Of a stretch of 64,000 nucleotides of DNA, positions 62,275 through 64,000 are shown piece after piece. The translations under genes and the position numbers were made by a program. Within the stretch, counting starts at the first letter, position 1; every line of letters begins with the position of its first letter. Below the pieces are notes generated by a model. That model was not told the DNA's origin, did not search any database, and worked only from the letters and a program-made list of their open reading frames with translations. The stretch covers positions 310,001 to 374,000 of the forward strand of contig MU057700.1 of assembly GCA_013265495.1 (NCBI GenBank). Direction: 5' to 3'. This DNA is from Vicugna vicugna (lineage: Eukaryota).

Positions 62275-64000
62275 ACACAAAGTGTTTGCATTTTTATTCA
62301 CAAAATTGACAGGCTGCACGGTAAATATGTTTGTGTAGGAAATATTAAAATGGTTTCCTTCTCAAAATACGATTTTTTTCTTAGCTTTAGAACACACTTT
62401 CCTTATCTTGCCTGCCCACACTAATTTTGAACTTGAATTGCTCAGTGTCATCTGCAAGGACGCAGGATTATGGTCTCTCCTGGTGTGGTACAGAACTCCT
62501 GATGTCACAGTGATTGGCGTAGTCCATGGCCGTGGTTCCCCCCGGCCGTGGTTCCCCCCATGCTGCCTGGCCCAGTTCCCTGACATTGATGTCCCTGAAG
62601 CTGCTACAGCGAGATGGCCTCCCTGTCACTGCTCTCCTGCCTGGGCTCCTGCTGAGAGGTCGCGGTTGGCCAGGTCCTGGGATTGAGCACGTCCCAGAAA
62701 CATCTGCCAAAATATCTTGTCATTTGACATAGCAATCAAAACCTGGGTTGCACAGGTGAACTGGAAGTTCTTTCAGGGGTTCACAGTGTGTTCCTCTTTA
62801 ACTCTGGGGATGAAGCTCATTCTCCCGGCTGTCACACAGCCACTCATCCAGCCTCAGCTGCAGGACACGGCAACATGCTCCAAACTGAAAAATTCTCTAC
62901 ATACAGGTTCTGGTTTCTCCTGAGCTCAGCCAAGAATCGTTCATGTGAGTCCCAGCTCCCAGAAGAGATGGGAGGCTCTACAGAATTCTAACAAGGCTGC
63001 CGAGGTTGTTGCCACGGAGAAGGGATGGGGGTGGGGCAGGCACCCTCAGTGGAGGGTGTTTTCTGTAGGTACAGGCCCACCTGGAGGATAAGCACCAAAT
63101 GTGAAGTTCATGCTGAAGGGAGATGCATATTCCCACTGCCGCACTTGCCCTTTCTGACCCAGGGCCCGAGAGGTGAGGATTTCTTAGGCACTTTCTAGAA
63201 CCACCCTACATACTCCCAGCCAACTATTCCACATGTCAACATGCTCCAAGGAGGAGAGGAAACCATTTACTGCTCTGCCTGGGAAAAAATGCTCTAATTG
63301 TAGTGGGGGAAATTATGCCTTCCCACTGAACTGTCTTTTATATATTAAGTATTTGTCCAAGATCTGTTCTCAGACATTATGTTCAACTCTATTTCCAGCC
63401 AAATTAGCTGGATTTGTGGCTAAGGAGTCCTTTATGGGGGCTGGAGGAGAATGTGGTTTTTTTATTTTTTTGGAAAAATAAACCATACACACATACTCCT
63501 AATGGAAGTTCTCTGCTCTGGAAAAAGGGTTTTTCAGTATTTTGGTAGTAGTTTTTCTCAGCATGGTTTTCTAAACATACTGAAGTAAAGGCTGCAGGAA
63601 ACAGCTGACCCAGAAATTATGTTTATTTCCAGTCTCTGTGGTCCACGTTGAAGGAGGAAGCTGAGAACAGACATGGGCACTGAGGGCCAGGACTGGGGCA
63701 GCCCCTGGGTGATGTGTACACGTGCCTGTGTGTGCACGTGCATATGTAGGCACCCAGGACATGACACAGGCCCTCAGTTTCCAATGCACAACTGCAACCA
63801 TAAATCAGATTTCTGTTGGTAATAACTGGCATTTGCCTAATGACCCACCTGCTCCTTACCAGACGTCTAAGAAGGAGCTCAAAGAATTCCTACACAATCT
63901 GACAGGAGGACATAAACGGAAACATTTAGCATCTTAAGCTTCACAGTGGTTCAGGGCAAAATTTCTCCTCCAACTTCTACTGGATTTTCAGTCATGATTA
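62275..64000 (-). other. RET: Probable distal 3'UTR of RET (coding sequence outside the window)
   Basis: AATAAA on - at 62293-62298 ends a unique, largely repeat-free stretch; mammalian gene order RET-CSGALNACT2-RASGEF1A places the RET 3' end a few kb upstream of CSGALNACT2 on the same strand. Identity rests on synteny only. Confidence 0.55.

Overview
Mammalian genomic DNA, very probably from a camelid (a Vic-1-type tRNA-derived SINE lies at 39578). The window is the RASGEF1A-CSGALNACT2-RET syntenic block. It holds the last 10 coding exons and 3'UTR of RASGEF1A (+ strand, 1247-~8900, GC-rich). It also holds the complete CSGALNACT2 gene (- strand): a CpG-island promoter at ~56400, a non-coding exon 1, 7 coding exons that splice into an intact 1629-nt / 542-aa ORF, and a 3'UTR to ~15260. 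The far right is probably the end of the RET 3'UTR (- strand, by synteny only). Introns and intergenic DNA are full of L1, L2, MIR, MER5/MER58 and MLT1 relics. I see no convincing wholly new biological system. The most interesting observations are: (1) an unidentified ~760-bp processed retrocopy with TSD and poly(A) inside an old L1 in CSGALNACT2 intron 1; (2) a 30-nt tailless U6 retrocopy with an 11-bp TSD; (3) a decayed ERV1-like provirus with PBS-Gln, gag-MA and env remnants but no recognisable pol; (4) built-in splicing and translation switches in CSGALNACT2 (a regenerated 5' splice site at the exon 5/6 junction, a +4 tandem donor giving an immediate stop, and a chain of overlapping uORFs); (5) a (TG)7(CG)7 Z-DNA-prone tract in its promoter. 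Gene and repeat names come from recalled sequence similarity, not from database searches.
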